32,000 nucleotides of DNA from Nitratidesulfovibrio vulgaris str. Hildenborough (GTDB lineage: Bacteria; Desulfobacterota; Desulfovibrionia; Desulfovibrionales; Desulfovibrionaceae), in contig NC_005863.1 in NCBI RefSeq assembly GCF_000195755.1, positions 120,001 to 152,000 on the forward strand, in the 5' to 3' direction. Position 1 is the stretch's first letter, and each line of letters begins with the position of its first letter. The notes below the pieces were generated by a model that was given only the letters and a program-made list of their open reading frames with translations, was not told the DNA's origin and did no database searches. Position numbers and translations under genes: made by a program. This document shows positions 23,522 through 31,243 of this stretch, piece by piece.

Positions 23522-24646
23522 CTACCCCTCCTGCGCTGCCAGAAAGGCGTCTTCGCGGTCTATGGCCCTGTCCACGGCGTCCTGTACGGCGTCGAGCAGC
23601 TTCATGCGGCCCGCCGTCCCGTCGAAGAGTTGTGCGGGCACATTGCGTGTCATACGCAGAAGTTCCTGAAGGAACAGCACCTCATGCTCGATGTCGGGGG
23701 CCTTCGCCTGCGCCGCGATGCGGTCGATGTGCAACGCCCCCAGAAAGTTCTCCGACCGCAGGGCCACCACCTGCTCGAGCAGCCCCTGCGCCGTGAGCGG
23801 GCAGTCCTTCACGCCGTGCACGTTCTCCCACCGGGTCATCACGTCGGCGCACAGGGCGTGGGCGCTCTTGAGCAGCCGCAGCTGCCCGAGGCTGGTGTTT
23901 ACGCTCTCGAGGTGCGTGCCGTCCATACTCGGCATGTCCGAACCGAGGTCGCTGGACAGGGCGCGGTACAGGAAGCCGATGGCCACGTCGAACCGTTCGT
24001 CGCCGTAGCGTTCGTTGATGGTGGCGAAGACCTGCTCGACGGTGGTGAAGTCGCACACCGTGCCGCGGTAGAGGTCGCGCAGGGCGTCGGCATCGCCAAG
24101 GTCGGCGAAACCGGCAGAGGCGAGCGCCCCGTGCACCCCGGCGCGGATGGCGGGACCGTGTTCCGCCTCGAGGTCGGCGATGGCGCCGCGCACCGCCTCG
24201 CGCACGCCGTCGGGGATGGCGGGGTCGTCGTCGAAGGCTTGCAGGGCGTCGTGCAGGGCGGCCCATGCGTCGCTGGGGTCGGGAAACTGCGAAAGCGCCT
24301 CCTGGCGCGCCTGTTCCCTGCCCTGCTGCGACTTGAGGCTGTCTTTCAGCCTGTCCAGCCCCTCGCCCTTGCCCGCCTGATGCATCAACTCCTTGTAGAG
24401 TTCGATGCGCTCGGCCATGGCGTCTTCGGTGCTCTTGCGTTCCTTGCGTTCGGAGAGTTCGAAGTCGTCGGTGGTGTCGGCGGCGAAGGTGAGTTCCTCG
24501 GCGGCATCGGCAAGCAGCGACAGCGGCGAATCGACCACGGTCGCGGCCCTGCCCAGCAGGGTGCCCGCGGCCCCGTCCGGCCCGTCCTGAACGTTCGCAA
24601 GTCCGGGCTGGGCAGGCCCCGACACGCCACGCAGGTCGATCGACAT
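23522..24646 (-). CDS. sctW: T3SS gatekeeper (YopN/InvE/MxiC/HrpJ family) with a fused TyeA-like C-terminal domain
   Basis: A GGAGGA RBS lies 7 nt before the ATG at 24646. The central HrpJ-like region reads ALSQFPDPSDAWAALHDAL...FLYRALSSDLGS. The last ~90 aa (QVVALRSENFLGALHIDRIAAQAKAPDIEHEVLFLQELLRMTRNVPAQLF...AVQDAVDRAIDRED) align with the recalled TyeA sequence. At 374 aa it is about YopN plus TyeA in length. Confidence 0.88.
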   Translation of the reverse strand: MSIDLRGVSGPAQPGLANVQDGPDGAAGTLLGRAATVVDSPLSLLADAAEELTFAADTTDDFELSERKERKSTEDAMAERIELYKELMHQAGKGEGLDRLKDSLKSQQGREQARQEALSQFPDPSDAWAALHDALQAFDDDPAIPDGVREAVRGAIADLEAEHGPAIRAGVHGALASAGFADLGDADALRDLYRGTVCDFTTVEQVFATINERYGDERFDVAIGFLYRALSSDLGSDMPSMDGTHLESVNTSLGQLRLLKSAHALCADVMTRWENVHGVKDCPLTAQGLLEQVVALRSENFLGALHIDRIAAQAKAPDIEHEVLFLQELLRMTRNVPAQLFDGTAGRMKLLDAVQDAVDRAIDREDAFLAAQEG

Positions 24647-24885
24647 AGTGTATCCTCCACAAAAACTGCTGTGCATGTCCCCAATCTATCTACAAGAGCA
24701 GACGCCACCGGCCCATGGAAACGGGCCTGACGCCCGCCGCAGTGAGCCGAGTCGCGCCGTACCGTGCCTGTGTGATACGTCAGCACACTCTGCCGCACGC
24801 CACCTGATGCAGTCGGGCATGGCACCTGCCGCGCACTCTCAGGACTTACGTCCGTAGCAGCAACAACGTTGCAGATACACACCTT

Positions 24886-24901
24886 TGCGAAAAGCGGGCC
24901 A
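24886..24901 (-). promoter_or_regulatory. Candidate sigma-54 (-24/-12) promoter for the sctW operon
   Basis: The minus strand reads TGGCCCGCTTTTCGCA against the consensus TGGCACG-N4-TTGCW. GG and GC are at the correct 10-nt spacing and 11 of 12 specified positions match. It lies about 230 nt upstream of the sctW ATG. Confidence 0.4.
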
Positions 24902-25101
24902 GAAGGTCCACATCCTACCACGCATCCACACGCATTGGCACTTGAAGAGACACCCGAGAAAATGCTTTAATGCGCTGTACAACGGCTAGTTAAATGACAT
25001 ATTCCGGGGCATGTCGGCAACAGCGCATGATGGTACACCCTACCTGCTGGCAGCCGCCCTACTCCGGTCACCGAAGCCGTGCAGGAGACGACACACCCGC
25101 A

Positions 25102-25118
25102 GCGACACGCGCTGTCGC
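25102..25118. promoter_or_regulatory. Palindrome GCGACA-N5-TGTCGC, a candidate shared upstream activator site
   Basis: The arms are perfect 6-bp matches (25102-25107 and 25113-25118). It lies nearly midway between the two divergent -24/-12 candidates, about 200 bp from each. Confidence 0.35.
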
Positions 25119-25292
25119 ACTGGCACATGGTACAGTCATGGACAGCACGCCAACAACACTGCCGCAAGGCGGCATATAAAGGCAACGATGTTGGCACTTC
25201 GAGAGGGGTACAACGGGCAGACAAAGGCGAAGCACCGGGTCTGACATCACAAACCACTGCAATGACACACTCTGCACCCCGCAAAGGGGGCA

Positions 25293-25308
25293 TGGCATAC
25301 TTGCTGCT
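25293..25308 (+). promoter_or_regulatory. Candidate sigma-54 (-24/-12) promoter for the translocator operon
   Basis: TGGCATACTTGCTGCT has TGGCA at -24 and cTGCT at -12 with correct GG-N10-GC spacing. The predicted start is about 25320, leaving a ~33-nt leader that contains the AGGAGG RBS of the ORF at 25353. Confidence 0.45.
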
Positions 25309-25352
25309 ACGGCGGAATCGTCCGCACCCGAACACCGCAGGAGGAACCGACC

Positions 25353-25655
25353 ATGGCTTTCACCGAACAGGATTTCGAAGCGCAACAGGCACAGCTGCGT
25401 CAGCTTGAAGACGAACTCTCGCGCCTCGACGCGCAACTGGACGCCCAGATGAAGGCCGCCGGTGTCTCCGGGGCCGACCTCGCGGCGGTCGACACCGCGA
25501 CCCTGCCGCCCGAAGTGGCCAAGGCCTTCACGCAGGCGCAGGAGAACGCGAAGCGCGAGGGCGAGGCACGCGCCAGCCGTTGCACCACCGCAGCCACGGC
25601 CACGACCTCGGCCAAGATTCCCGGCGCAGGTCGCCGCGGTGCCGTCCGCCTCTAG
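25353..25655 (+). CDS. Small coiled-coil protein in the LcrG/PcrG position (putative tip-protein chaperone or regulator)
   Basis: An AGGAGG RBS precedes the start. The 100-aa protein has an N-terminal heptad region (EAQQAQLRQLEDELSRLDAQLDAQ) and a basic tail ...GRRGAVRL that recalls the LcrG/PcrG tails (MMRGQII, LMRGLMI). It is first in a gene order that parallels lcrG-lcrV-lcrH-yopB-yopD. Confidence 0.6.
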   Translation: MAFTEQDFEAQQAQLRQLEDELSRLDAQLDAQMKAAGVSGADLAAVDTATLPPEVAKAFTQAQENAKREGEARASRCTTAATATTSAKIPGAGRRGAVRL

Positions 25656-25690
25656 CGGGTGAACTTCCAGCCAGCAGCAAGGAGAACATC

Positions 25691-26200
25691 ATGTCGCAAG
25701 TGAACAACACCTCCCTTTCCGGGATCATGAATTCCATCGACCTTGGCCCCACGCAGAGCCTCCAGATGCTCTTCGCCAAGCTCAACCTCGCACAGGCGCA
25801 ACTGGCCAAGAACGGCGCCATGGACAACATCAAGAAGATCCAGGACAGTCAGGAGGCACAGAAGGAATGCGCCGCCATGATCCAGAAGGCGCGCGAACTC
25901 CAGAATACGGCCAAGAACAACAATGGTACCACCGACATGCCCGCCGACATGAAGGCCTTCTTCACCAAGAACAACCTGAAGTGGGACACCAAGGGCAACG
26001 ACGACCATCACAACAAGGACGAGTGGGACTACAACATCCAGCAGCTCACCTCGTACCGCGACCAGCTGGGCACCGACACGCAGCAGCTCATGGTCTTCGT
26101 GCAGGACTTCATGGGCCAGTACAACTCGTACCTGCAGGGTGCCAACTCCGCCATCCAGCAGGGCAACCAGACCCTGCAATCCCTCGCCACGGGCCGTTAG
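25691..26200 (+). CDS. Secreted T3SS tip/filament-like protein (169 aa, EspA/SseB-sized, in the LcrV position)
   Basis: An AAGGAGAA RBS precedes the start. The protein is N/Q/K-rich, has no signal peptide, and has two long predicted helices (LQMLFAKLNLAQAQLAKNGAMDNIKKIQDSQEAQKE and TQQLMVFVQDFMGQYNSYLQGANSAIQQGNQTLQSL). GC is visibly lower than in the neighbours. It lies immediately upstream of the class II chaperone. Confidence 0.6.
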   Translation: MSQVNNTSLSGIMNSIDLGPTQSLQMLFAKLNLAQAQLAKNGAMDNIKKIQDSQEAQKECAAMIQKARELQNTAKNNNGTTDMPADMKAFFTKNNLKWDTKGNDDHHNKDEWDYNIQQLTSYRDQLGTDTQQLMVFVQDFMGQYNSYLQGANSAIQQGNQTLQSLATGR

Positions 26201-26208
26201 GAGACGCC

Positions 26209-26709
26209 ATGAGCACCAGCTATCAGCATTCCGGGCCGGAATTCACCGAAGCACAGATGCAGGCCATGGTAGACGGGCTGTTCGCCGGGGCCTCCATCGG
26301 CGCGGTGTGCAACATGCAGCAGGAACAGCTCGAGGCGGGCTACGCCCTCGCCTACAACCTGTACACCGCCGGGAACTACCGCGATGCCGAGACCATGTTC
26401 CGCGCGCTGTGCGTCTACGACCACAACGACGAACGCTACTGGCTCGGCCTTGCCGGGTGCAGGCAGGCGCAGGGCGACCTTGCCGGGGCCATCGACGCCT
26501 ACGGCCTCGCCGGTGCCGCCAGCGCCCTCGGCGACCCCGCCCCCTTCGTGCATGCGGGCATCTGCTACATGAAGCTGGGCGACACCGAGAACGCGCGCAA
26601 CACCTTCGCCGGGGTGCCCTTCATCGGCGACCCCGACAACGACACCCATGCCGCCATGCACCGCAAGGCAGAGGCCATGCTCGAACTGCTGGCCGGGGAG
26701 AGGCCATGA
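26209..26709 (+). CDS. lcrH: Class II T3SS translocator chaperone (LcrH/SycD/IpgC/SicA family, TPR)
   Basis: The start is ATG 26209. LEAGYALAYNLYTAGNYRDAETMFRALCVYDHNDERYWLGLAGCRQAQGDLAGAIDAY closely parallels the SycD sequence LEQLYSLAFNQYQSGKYEDAHKVFQALCVLDHYDSRFFLGLGACRQAMGQYDLAIHSY. Confidence 0.92.
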   Translation: MSTSYQHSGPEFTEAQMQAMVDGLFAGASIGAVCNMQQEQLEAGYALAYNLYTAGNYRDAETMFRALCVYDHNDERYWLGLAGCRQAQGDLAGAIDAYGLAGAASALGDPAPFVHAGICYMKLGDTENARNTFAGVPFIGDPDNDTHAAMHRKAEAMLELLAGERP

Positions 26710-27713
26710 GCGCCCTGACCGTCGGCGGGCTTTCCGGCACCACCGGCGTGGGCGACATCTCGCTCGACCCCACACCGCGGTTCCGCATCACCACCGGCGC
26801 GACGCTGCCCCCGGCCCCCGGCGGGGCGGACGGCACCTCGAAGGCCGACCTTCCGGTACTGGCCCCGCCCATGGGCGGTCTGGCACTGGAGACGCTCATG
26901 TCCGCCCTCGGCAATGCCGAGCGCAGGCAGGCGTGCAAGAACGGTGTCGACCAGATCAAGTCCAAGGCCGCCGACCAGGCCAAGATCAACGAGGAAAGGC
27001 TGGAGCAGATCTCCAAGCGACTTGAGGACATGCGCTCGAAGTCGGTGCTCAACGGCTTTCTGAAGGCGTTCAAGATCATCGGCATGATCGTCGGCGCCAT
27101 CGCCTCCATCGCCACCACCGTCGTGGGCGCGCTCACCGGCAACCCCCTGCTGGTGGCTGCGGGCGTCATGGGCATGGCCATGACCCTCGACGCCGTGCTG
27201 AGTACGGCCACGGACGGCAAGATAAGTTTCATGTCGGGCATGACAGAGCTTGGCAAGGCCATGGGCATGAGCGATGAGGCCGCCAAATGGTTCGGCTTCG
27301 GCATGCAGATGGCGGTGACCCTCGTCGCCGTGGGCCTCAGCCTCGGGGCGGGTTTCGCCAACGTCAGCTCTTCTGCCGCCAACCTCAGCACCACGGCGGC
27401 GACCAAGGCCCTCGACTTCGCCATCAAAGCGCAGCAGATAGGCCAGTTCGTCAACGCGGGCGTGGCCGTGGCGCAGGGCAGCGGCGCCATCGCCGGGGCC
27501 GTCATCGACTACCGCATCGCCTCGTCACAGGCCGACAGCAAAGAACTTGAAGCGATACTTGAACGCATTCGGGAAGCCATCGACTTCGAACACGACTTCC
27601 TTGAGGCGGAAATGAAACGGGCCGAAGAACTCATGGGCAAGGTGGGAGAAATCGTCAAGGATTGCGCAGAGGCACAGACTGCCATCCTTGGTGGAACCCC
27701 CGCCATGGCCTGA
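26706..27713 (+). CDS. sctE: Major hydrophobic translocator (YopB/IpaB/PopB/EspD class)
   Basis: The start overlaps the lcrH stop as ATGA, after a GGGGAGAGG RBS. A coiled coil (AADQAKINEERLEQISKRLEDMRSK) is followed by two long hydrophobic segments (FKIIGMIVGAIASIATTVVGALTG...LLVAAGVMGMAMTL and FGFGMQMAVTLVAVGLSLGAGF) and a C-terminal coiled coil. Confidence 0.85.
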   Translation: MSALTVGGLSGTTGVGDISLDPTPRFRITTGATLPPAPGGADGTSKADLPVLAPPMGGLALETLMSALGNAERRQACKNGVDQIKSKAADQAKINEERLEQISKRLEDMRSKSVLNGFLKAFKIIGMIVGAIASIATTVVGALTGNPLLVAAGVMGMAMTLDAVLSTATDGKISFMSGMTELGKAMGMSDEAAKWFGFGMQMAVTLVAVGLSLGAGFANVSSSAANLSTTAATKALDFAIKAQQIGQFVNAGVAVAQGSGAIAGAVIDYRIASSQADSKELEAILERIREAIDFEHDFLEAEMKRAEELMGKVGEIVKDCAEAQTAILGGTPAMA

Positions 27714-27724
27714 CGGAGTACGAC

Positions 27725-28558
27725 ATGACGACCATCACCAACGTCCGCGATATTCCGGGGTTCAACCAGTCGCAGTACGACACGCTCGTCGCCACGGCCC
27801 GCGGTCAGAACATCGACCCGGCGGCCATCGACATGGCCCTGTTGCAGGCCGTCAACGCAGGCAGCAACTTCTCGGCGGCGCTCAACAGCGTCACGGGCGA
27901 CCTGCCGCGCCTCTCGCTGCCGCACAACAACGCCCTCAGCCATCTGGGGTCGCTCGACATGGCTCCCTCGCCGGGGGCTACGCTCATGTCGCTCATCACC
28001 TCCATGGCTGCGGACGAACGCAAGCAGAACGCGCAGATGCGCATCGAAGAGACCAAGGCCATCGTCGAGAAGATCATGGACCAGGCCGACGAGATGCGGA
28101 ACAAGGCCATCGTCCAGCTTGTGATGGGCGTGGTCTCGGGGGCCATCAGCATCGCGCAGGGCGTCGCCAGCATGAGCATGCAGGCCAGCGCCATGAAGCA
28201 GCTTGACGGCTTCCAGACCGGTTCGCAGATAGCCACGCAGAAGGGGCTGCCCAACATGGCCAAGTCGTTCGACGCCATGTACCAGAGTGGCATGTCCAAG
28301 CTGACGGCGCAGCAGAACGCCCTCAACAGCGGCTTCACCGCCGGCAACAGCGCGGTGGCGGGCATCAATCAGGCCGTGGGCGGCTTCTTCGACGCCGCCA
28401 TCAAGGAGATGGACGGAGATGTCGAACGCATGAGGGCCAGCCGCGACGCCATGAAGCAACTCGACGACGCGCTGGCGCAACTCATCCAGAAGACCCTCTC
28501 CGGCATGGACGCCATCCAGCAGAACATGAACCAGACCCGTACACGCATTCTGGGCTGA
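27725..28558 (+). CDS. sctB: Minor translocator (YopD/IpaC/PopD/EspB class)
   Basis: The start is ATG 27725, 7 nt after GGAG. There is a single central hydrophobic segment (AIVQLVMGVVSGAISIAQGVASM) and a C-terminal amphipathic or coiled region (RDAMKQLDDALAQLIQKTLSGMDAIQQNMNQ). It is positioned after sctE. Confidence 0.8.
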   Translation: MTTITNVRDIPGFNQSQYDTLVATARGQNIDPAAIDMALLQAVNAGSNFSAALNSVTGDLPRLSLPHNNALSHLGSLDMAPSPGATLMSLITSMAADERKQNAQMRIEETKAIVEKIMDQADEMRNKAIVQLVMGVVSGAISIAQGVASMSMQASAMKQLDGFQTGSQIATQKGLPNMAKSFDAMYQSGMSKLTAQQNALNSGFTAGNSAVAGINQAVGGFFDAAIKEMDGDVERMRASRDAMKQLDDALAQLIQKTLSGMDAIQQNMNQTRTRILG

Positions 28559-28564
28559 CCGACC

Positions 28565-28581
28565 GGGGCCCGCAGGGCCCC
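28565..28581 (+). other. Intra-operon GC hairpin after sctB
   Basis: ggggccc (28565-28571), loop gca, then gggcccc (28575-28581). No U-tract follows. It lies between the sctB stop and the next RBS. Confidence 0.3.
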
Positions 28582-28610
28582 GGCCTCACTGCACGACACC
28601 GGGAGAACAC

Positions 28611-29066
28611 ATGAGCAGGCTGGACGACTTGGCGCGCCACGTGGCGCAGGCGGCGGGGTGGGCCACCCCGCAACCCGGCGGCGACGGCGCGTACGCCTTC
28701 CGTCTTGAGGGCGACCTCGACGTGACGCTGTTCTCGCCCGACGGACGCACGGGTATCATGCGGGCCGACCTCGTGCCCCTGCCCGACGACAGCCGCGCCG
28801 CAGACACCCTGCTGGCCGACAGCGCCCGCCACGCCCTCGCACGGGGGCGCACCCGCAAGAGCGTCATCGCCCTTGACGGAACCATGCTCGTGTTGCATCG
28901 CCAGTTGAACGTGGACACCGCATCACCCGATGAGGCGGCAGCCGCCATGCGCGACTTTCTCAACGATCTCGCATGGTGGAAGCGCATGCTCGCACCGTCC
29001 GCGCAGGGCAGTGCCCCTGCGGGGGGCGCGATGCCCGCCGGTGTGCCCTGGATTCCCATTCGCTGA
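28611..29066 (+). CDS. Class I (CesT/SycE-fold) T3SS chaperone in the YscB position
   Basis: A GGGAGAA RBS precedes the start. The pattern is AYAFRLEGDLDVTLFSPDGRTGIMRADLVPLPDD...LLADSARHAL...ALDGTMLVLHRQL...MRDFLNDLAWWKRML. It lies directly upstream of the secretin, like yscB/pscB, which is the SycN partner in Ysc systems. Confidence 0.7.
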   Translation: MSRLDDLARHVAQAAGWATPQPGGDGAYAFRLEGDLDVTLFSPDGRTGIMRADLVPLPDDSRAADTLLADSARHALARGRTRKSVIALDGTMLVLHRQLNVDTASPDEAAAAMRDFLNDLAWWKRMLAPSAQGSAPAGGAMPAGVPWIPIR

Positions 29067-29152
29067 AAAGGTGGTGGCCGTTGCCTAGTTATCGTTCCCG
29101 TTGTCGTGTTCCCCGTGACGCCACGCCACACCGCACCCGCGCCGCCCGCCTC

Positions 29153-31243
29153 ATGACGGGCGGCTTGCGCCCGTCTGATACGCCCGGTACGCTCGGCGCG
29201 CCTGATATTCACGACGGCGCGCACCGACCAGTGATTCTGCACTATCCATGTCCATCGGGGCTGAAAACGGGTGCTTGTACGCCCGCCATTCACGATGGCG
29301 CTAGTACGCCCGGCACGCGGAACAGCCTGCGCCCGTACCTCGCGGCCATCTTCGCCGTGCTGCTGTTCATGCTGTGCCTTCACGCGCCGTCACGGTGCGA
29401 GGCCGCACCCGCCTTTCCGCACACCTATTCGCACTATTCGGAACAGGAGCAACTGACCGCGCTGCTGGCCGACTTCGGGCGCACGCAGGGCCTTGCCACG
29501 TCGTTCTCGCCCGGTGTCACGGGCACGGTCAGCGGCAGGTTCGAGGACGTGGCCCCGGAGAAGTTCCTTCAGGGCATGAAGGCGGCCTTCGGCGTGTCGT
29601 GGTACCGCCTCGGCCCCACGCTGCATTTCTACCATGAGGCCGAGACCACGCGCATCTTCATCTCGCCGCGGGTCATGAGTGCCGAGTCGCTGTACCGCAT
29701 GTTGCGCCAGTCTTCGGTGCTGTCGCCGCAACTGCCCGCCGAACTCATGCCCGGCGGCGCCATGGTGGTCGTCTCCGGCCCGCCCGCCTACCTCGACCAG
29801 ATTCAGGCCGCGGTGACGGCCTTCGAAGAGGCCCAGACGGGCAACTTCGGCATGAAGGTGTTCCCGCTCAAGTACGCGTGGGCCGAAGACATCACCGTCA
29901 ACAGCATGGACAAGACCGTCACCCTGCCCGGTGTCGCCAGCATCCTGCGGGCCATGGTCAGCGGGTCGCCCTCGAGCGCCACGCGCGTCACGCAAGAGAC
30001 CGCCACGGTGGACAAGCTTTCCGGCACGGGCCTCATCTCGCAGGGGCGTCAGCAGAAGGAGTCGGGCCAGTCGAATCAGGCGCAGCGCGGCGGGCAGGCC
30101 TCGCAGCAGGATTCGGGCGGGGCGCAGGACGGTCAGCAGGTGAGCATCATGGCCGACCCGCGCGTCAACGCCGTCATCGTGCACGACGCCGTGTACCGGA
30201 TGCCCTACTACGAGTCGGTCATCGGCGACCTCGACAGGCCGGTCGAACTCGTGGAGATACACGCCGCCATCGTCGACATCGACACCAACTTCAAGCGCGA
30301 CCTCGGCGTCACCTATCAGGCCACGGTGGGCAAGGACCAGCGGTGGGCGGGCGGTGCCGACGTATCCACGGGCACCGACAAGTTCACCCCCCTGCCCGTA
30401 CCCGGCGTGCCGCAGGGCAGCGGCCTGACCCTCTCCACCATCTACACCATGGGGTCGGACTACTTTCTCGCCCGCATCAACGCCCTCGAGAAGAACGGCG
30501 AGGCCCGGATGCTGGGGCGGCCCTCGGTGCTGACCGTGGACAACGTGCAGGCCACCCTCGAGAACACCAGCACCTATTATATACAGGTGCAGGGCTATCA
30601 GGCCGTCGACCTCTTCAAGGTCGAGGCGGGCACGGTGCTGCGCGTGACGCCGCACATCATCAACAACGACGACGGCACCGACGCCATCAAGCTGGTGGTG
30701 AGCGTGCAGGACGACCAGAACAACCAGACCACGCCGACCTCGACCTCCACCACGCAGGCCATCCCGCCCATCAAGCAGACGAAGATCAACACGCAGGCCA
30801 TCATCGGCGCGGGACAGAGTCTGCTGATTGGCGGCTACTACTACGAACAGAAGGCCACCAGCGCCGACGGCGTGCCCATCCTCATGAACATCCCGGTGCT
30901 GGGCAACCTGTTCAAGACCCAGTCGAAAGAGAACAAGAGGATGGAACGCCTCATCCTCATCACCCCCAAGGTGGTGCGCCTCGACAACCTGCCGGGGACC
31001 CCGCCACGGGTCGACGACCCCGCCTTCCACCGCACGGCCACCCAGTCGGACTATGCCGAACGCACCCCCACGCCGCCCCCGTCGCGCCGTAGCGGTTGCA
31101 GCCGCGCGCCCGACAATGCGCCGGAAGCGGCTTCGGGTGCGGCAGGTGGCACGGGAGGAACAGGGGTGACAGCGAACACAGAAGGCGGCACCACGCCCCA
31201 AGCGGCCACATCCCCTGTCCCTGCGTACGGAGTCGCCCCATGA
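29153..31243 (+). CDS. sctC: T3SS outer-membrane secretin (YscC/InvG/HrcC family); the start codon is uncertain
   Basis: The N-terminus LTALLADFGRTQGLATSFSPGVTGTVSGRFEDVAPEKFLQGMKAAFGVSWYRLGPTLHFY parallels YscC. The secretin core reads ADPRVNAVIVHD...GRPSVLTVDNVQATLENTSTYY...INTQAIIGAGQSLLIGGYY...PILMNIPVLGNLFK...ERLILITPKVV. A signal-peptide-like segment (LAAIFAVLLFMLCLHAPSRCEA) begins only near 29330. The first in-frame ATG (29153) gives a ~60-aa odd extension, and alternatives are GTG 29231 and CTG 29327. Confidence 0.9.
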   Translation: MTGGLRPSDTPGTLGAPDIHDGAHRPVILHYPCPSGLKTGACTPAIHDGASTPGTRNSLRPYLAAIFAVLLFMLCLHAPSRCEAAPAFPHTYSHYSEQEQLTALLADFGRTQGLATSFSPGVTGTVSGRFEDVAPEKFLQGMKAAFGVSWYRLGPTLHFYHEAETTRIFISPRVMSAESLYRMLRQSSVLSPQLPAELMPGGAMVVVSGPPAYLDQIQAAVTAFEEAQTGNFGMKVFPLKYAWAEDITVNSMDKTVTLPGVASILRAMVSGSPSSATRVTQETATVDKLSGTGLISQGRQQKESGQSNQAQRGGQASQQDSGGAQDGQQVSIMADPRVNAVIVHDAVYRMPYYESVIGDLDRPVELVEIHAAIVDIDTNFKRDLGVTYQATVGKDQRWAGGADVSTGTDKFTPLPVPGVPQGSGLTLSTIYTMGSDYFLARINALEKNGEARMLGRPSVLTVDNVQATLENTSTYYIQVQGYQAVDLFKVEAGTVLRVTPHIINNDDGTDAIKLVVSVQDDQNNQTTPTSTSTTQAIPPIKQTKINTQAIIGAGQSLLIGGYYYEQKATSADGVPILMNIPVLGNLFKTQSKENKRMERLILITPKVVRLDNLPGTPPRVDDPAFHRTATQSDYAERTPTPPPSRRSGCSRAPDNAPEAASGAAGGTGGTGVTANTEGGTTPQAATSPVPAYGVAP

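Noticed and set aside
23300-24730. 476-aa plus-strand ORF, with the similar cases 16505-17563, 17869-18942 and 20310-21230
   Set aside because: All lie antisense to strongly supported T3SS or regulator genes (sctW, EBP, sctU, sctV). They lack RBSs and recognisable motifs.
24820-24835. Plus-strand TGGCACCTGCCGCGCA as a sigma-54 promoter for the translocator operon
   Set aside because: The -24 element is good but the -12 element is CGCA. It lies about 520 nt from the first ATG, inside the predicted 5' leader of the divergent sctW transcript, in a face-to-face geometry. The candidate at 25293-25308 is far better placed.
24936-25197. Three TGGCAC hexamers (24936, 25121, 25192) as sigma-54 -24 boxes
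   Set aside because: None has a GC dinucleotide at the required 10-nt spacing. I treat them as parts of a repeated TGGCAC...GTACA module instead (see findings).
24967-25335. Cys-rich 122-aa minus-strand ORF, and the 77-109-aa plus-strand ORFs, in the T3SS control region
   Set aside because: They have no RBS, codon usage is atypical for the locus, and they overlap one another. The region is better explained as regulatory DNA, though a small RNA cannot be excluded.
29271-29456. 61-aa alternative-frame ORF upstream of and overlapping the secretin signal peptide
   Set aside because: It is Cys/Arg/Pro-rich and has no RBS. The secretin frame carries the hydrophobic signal-like segment in the same interval.
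29390-31201. 603-aa minus-strand ORF
   Set aside because: It is antisense to the secretin sctC, Arg/Gly/His/Val-rich, and matches no family.
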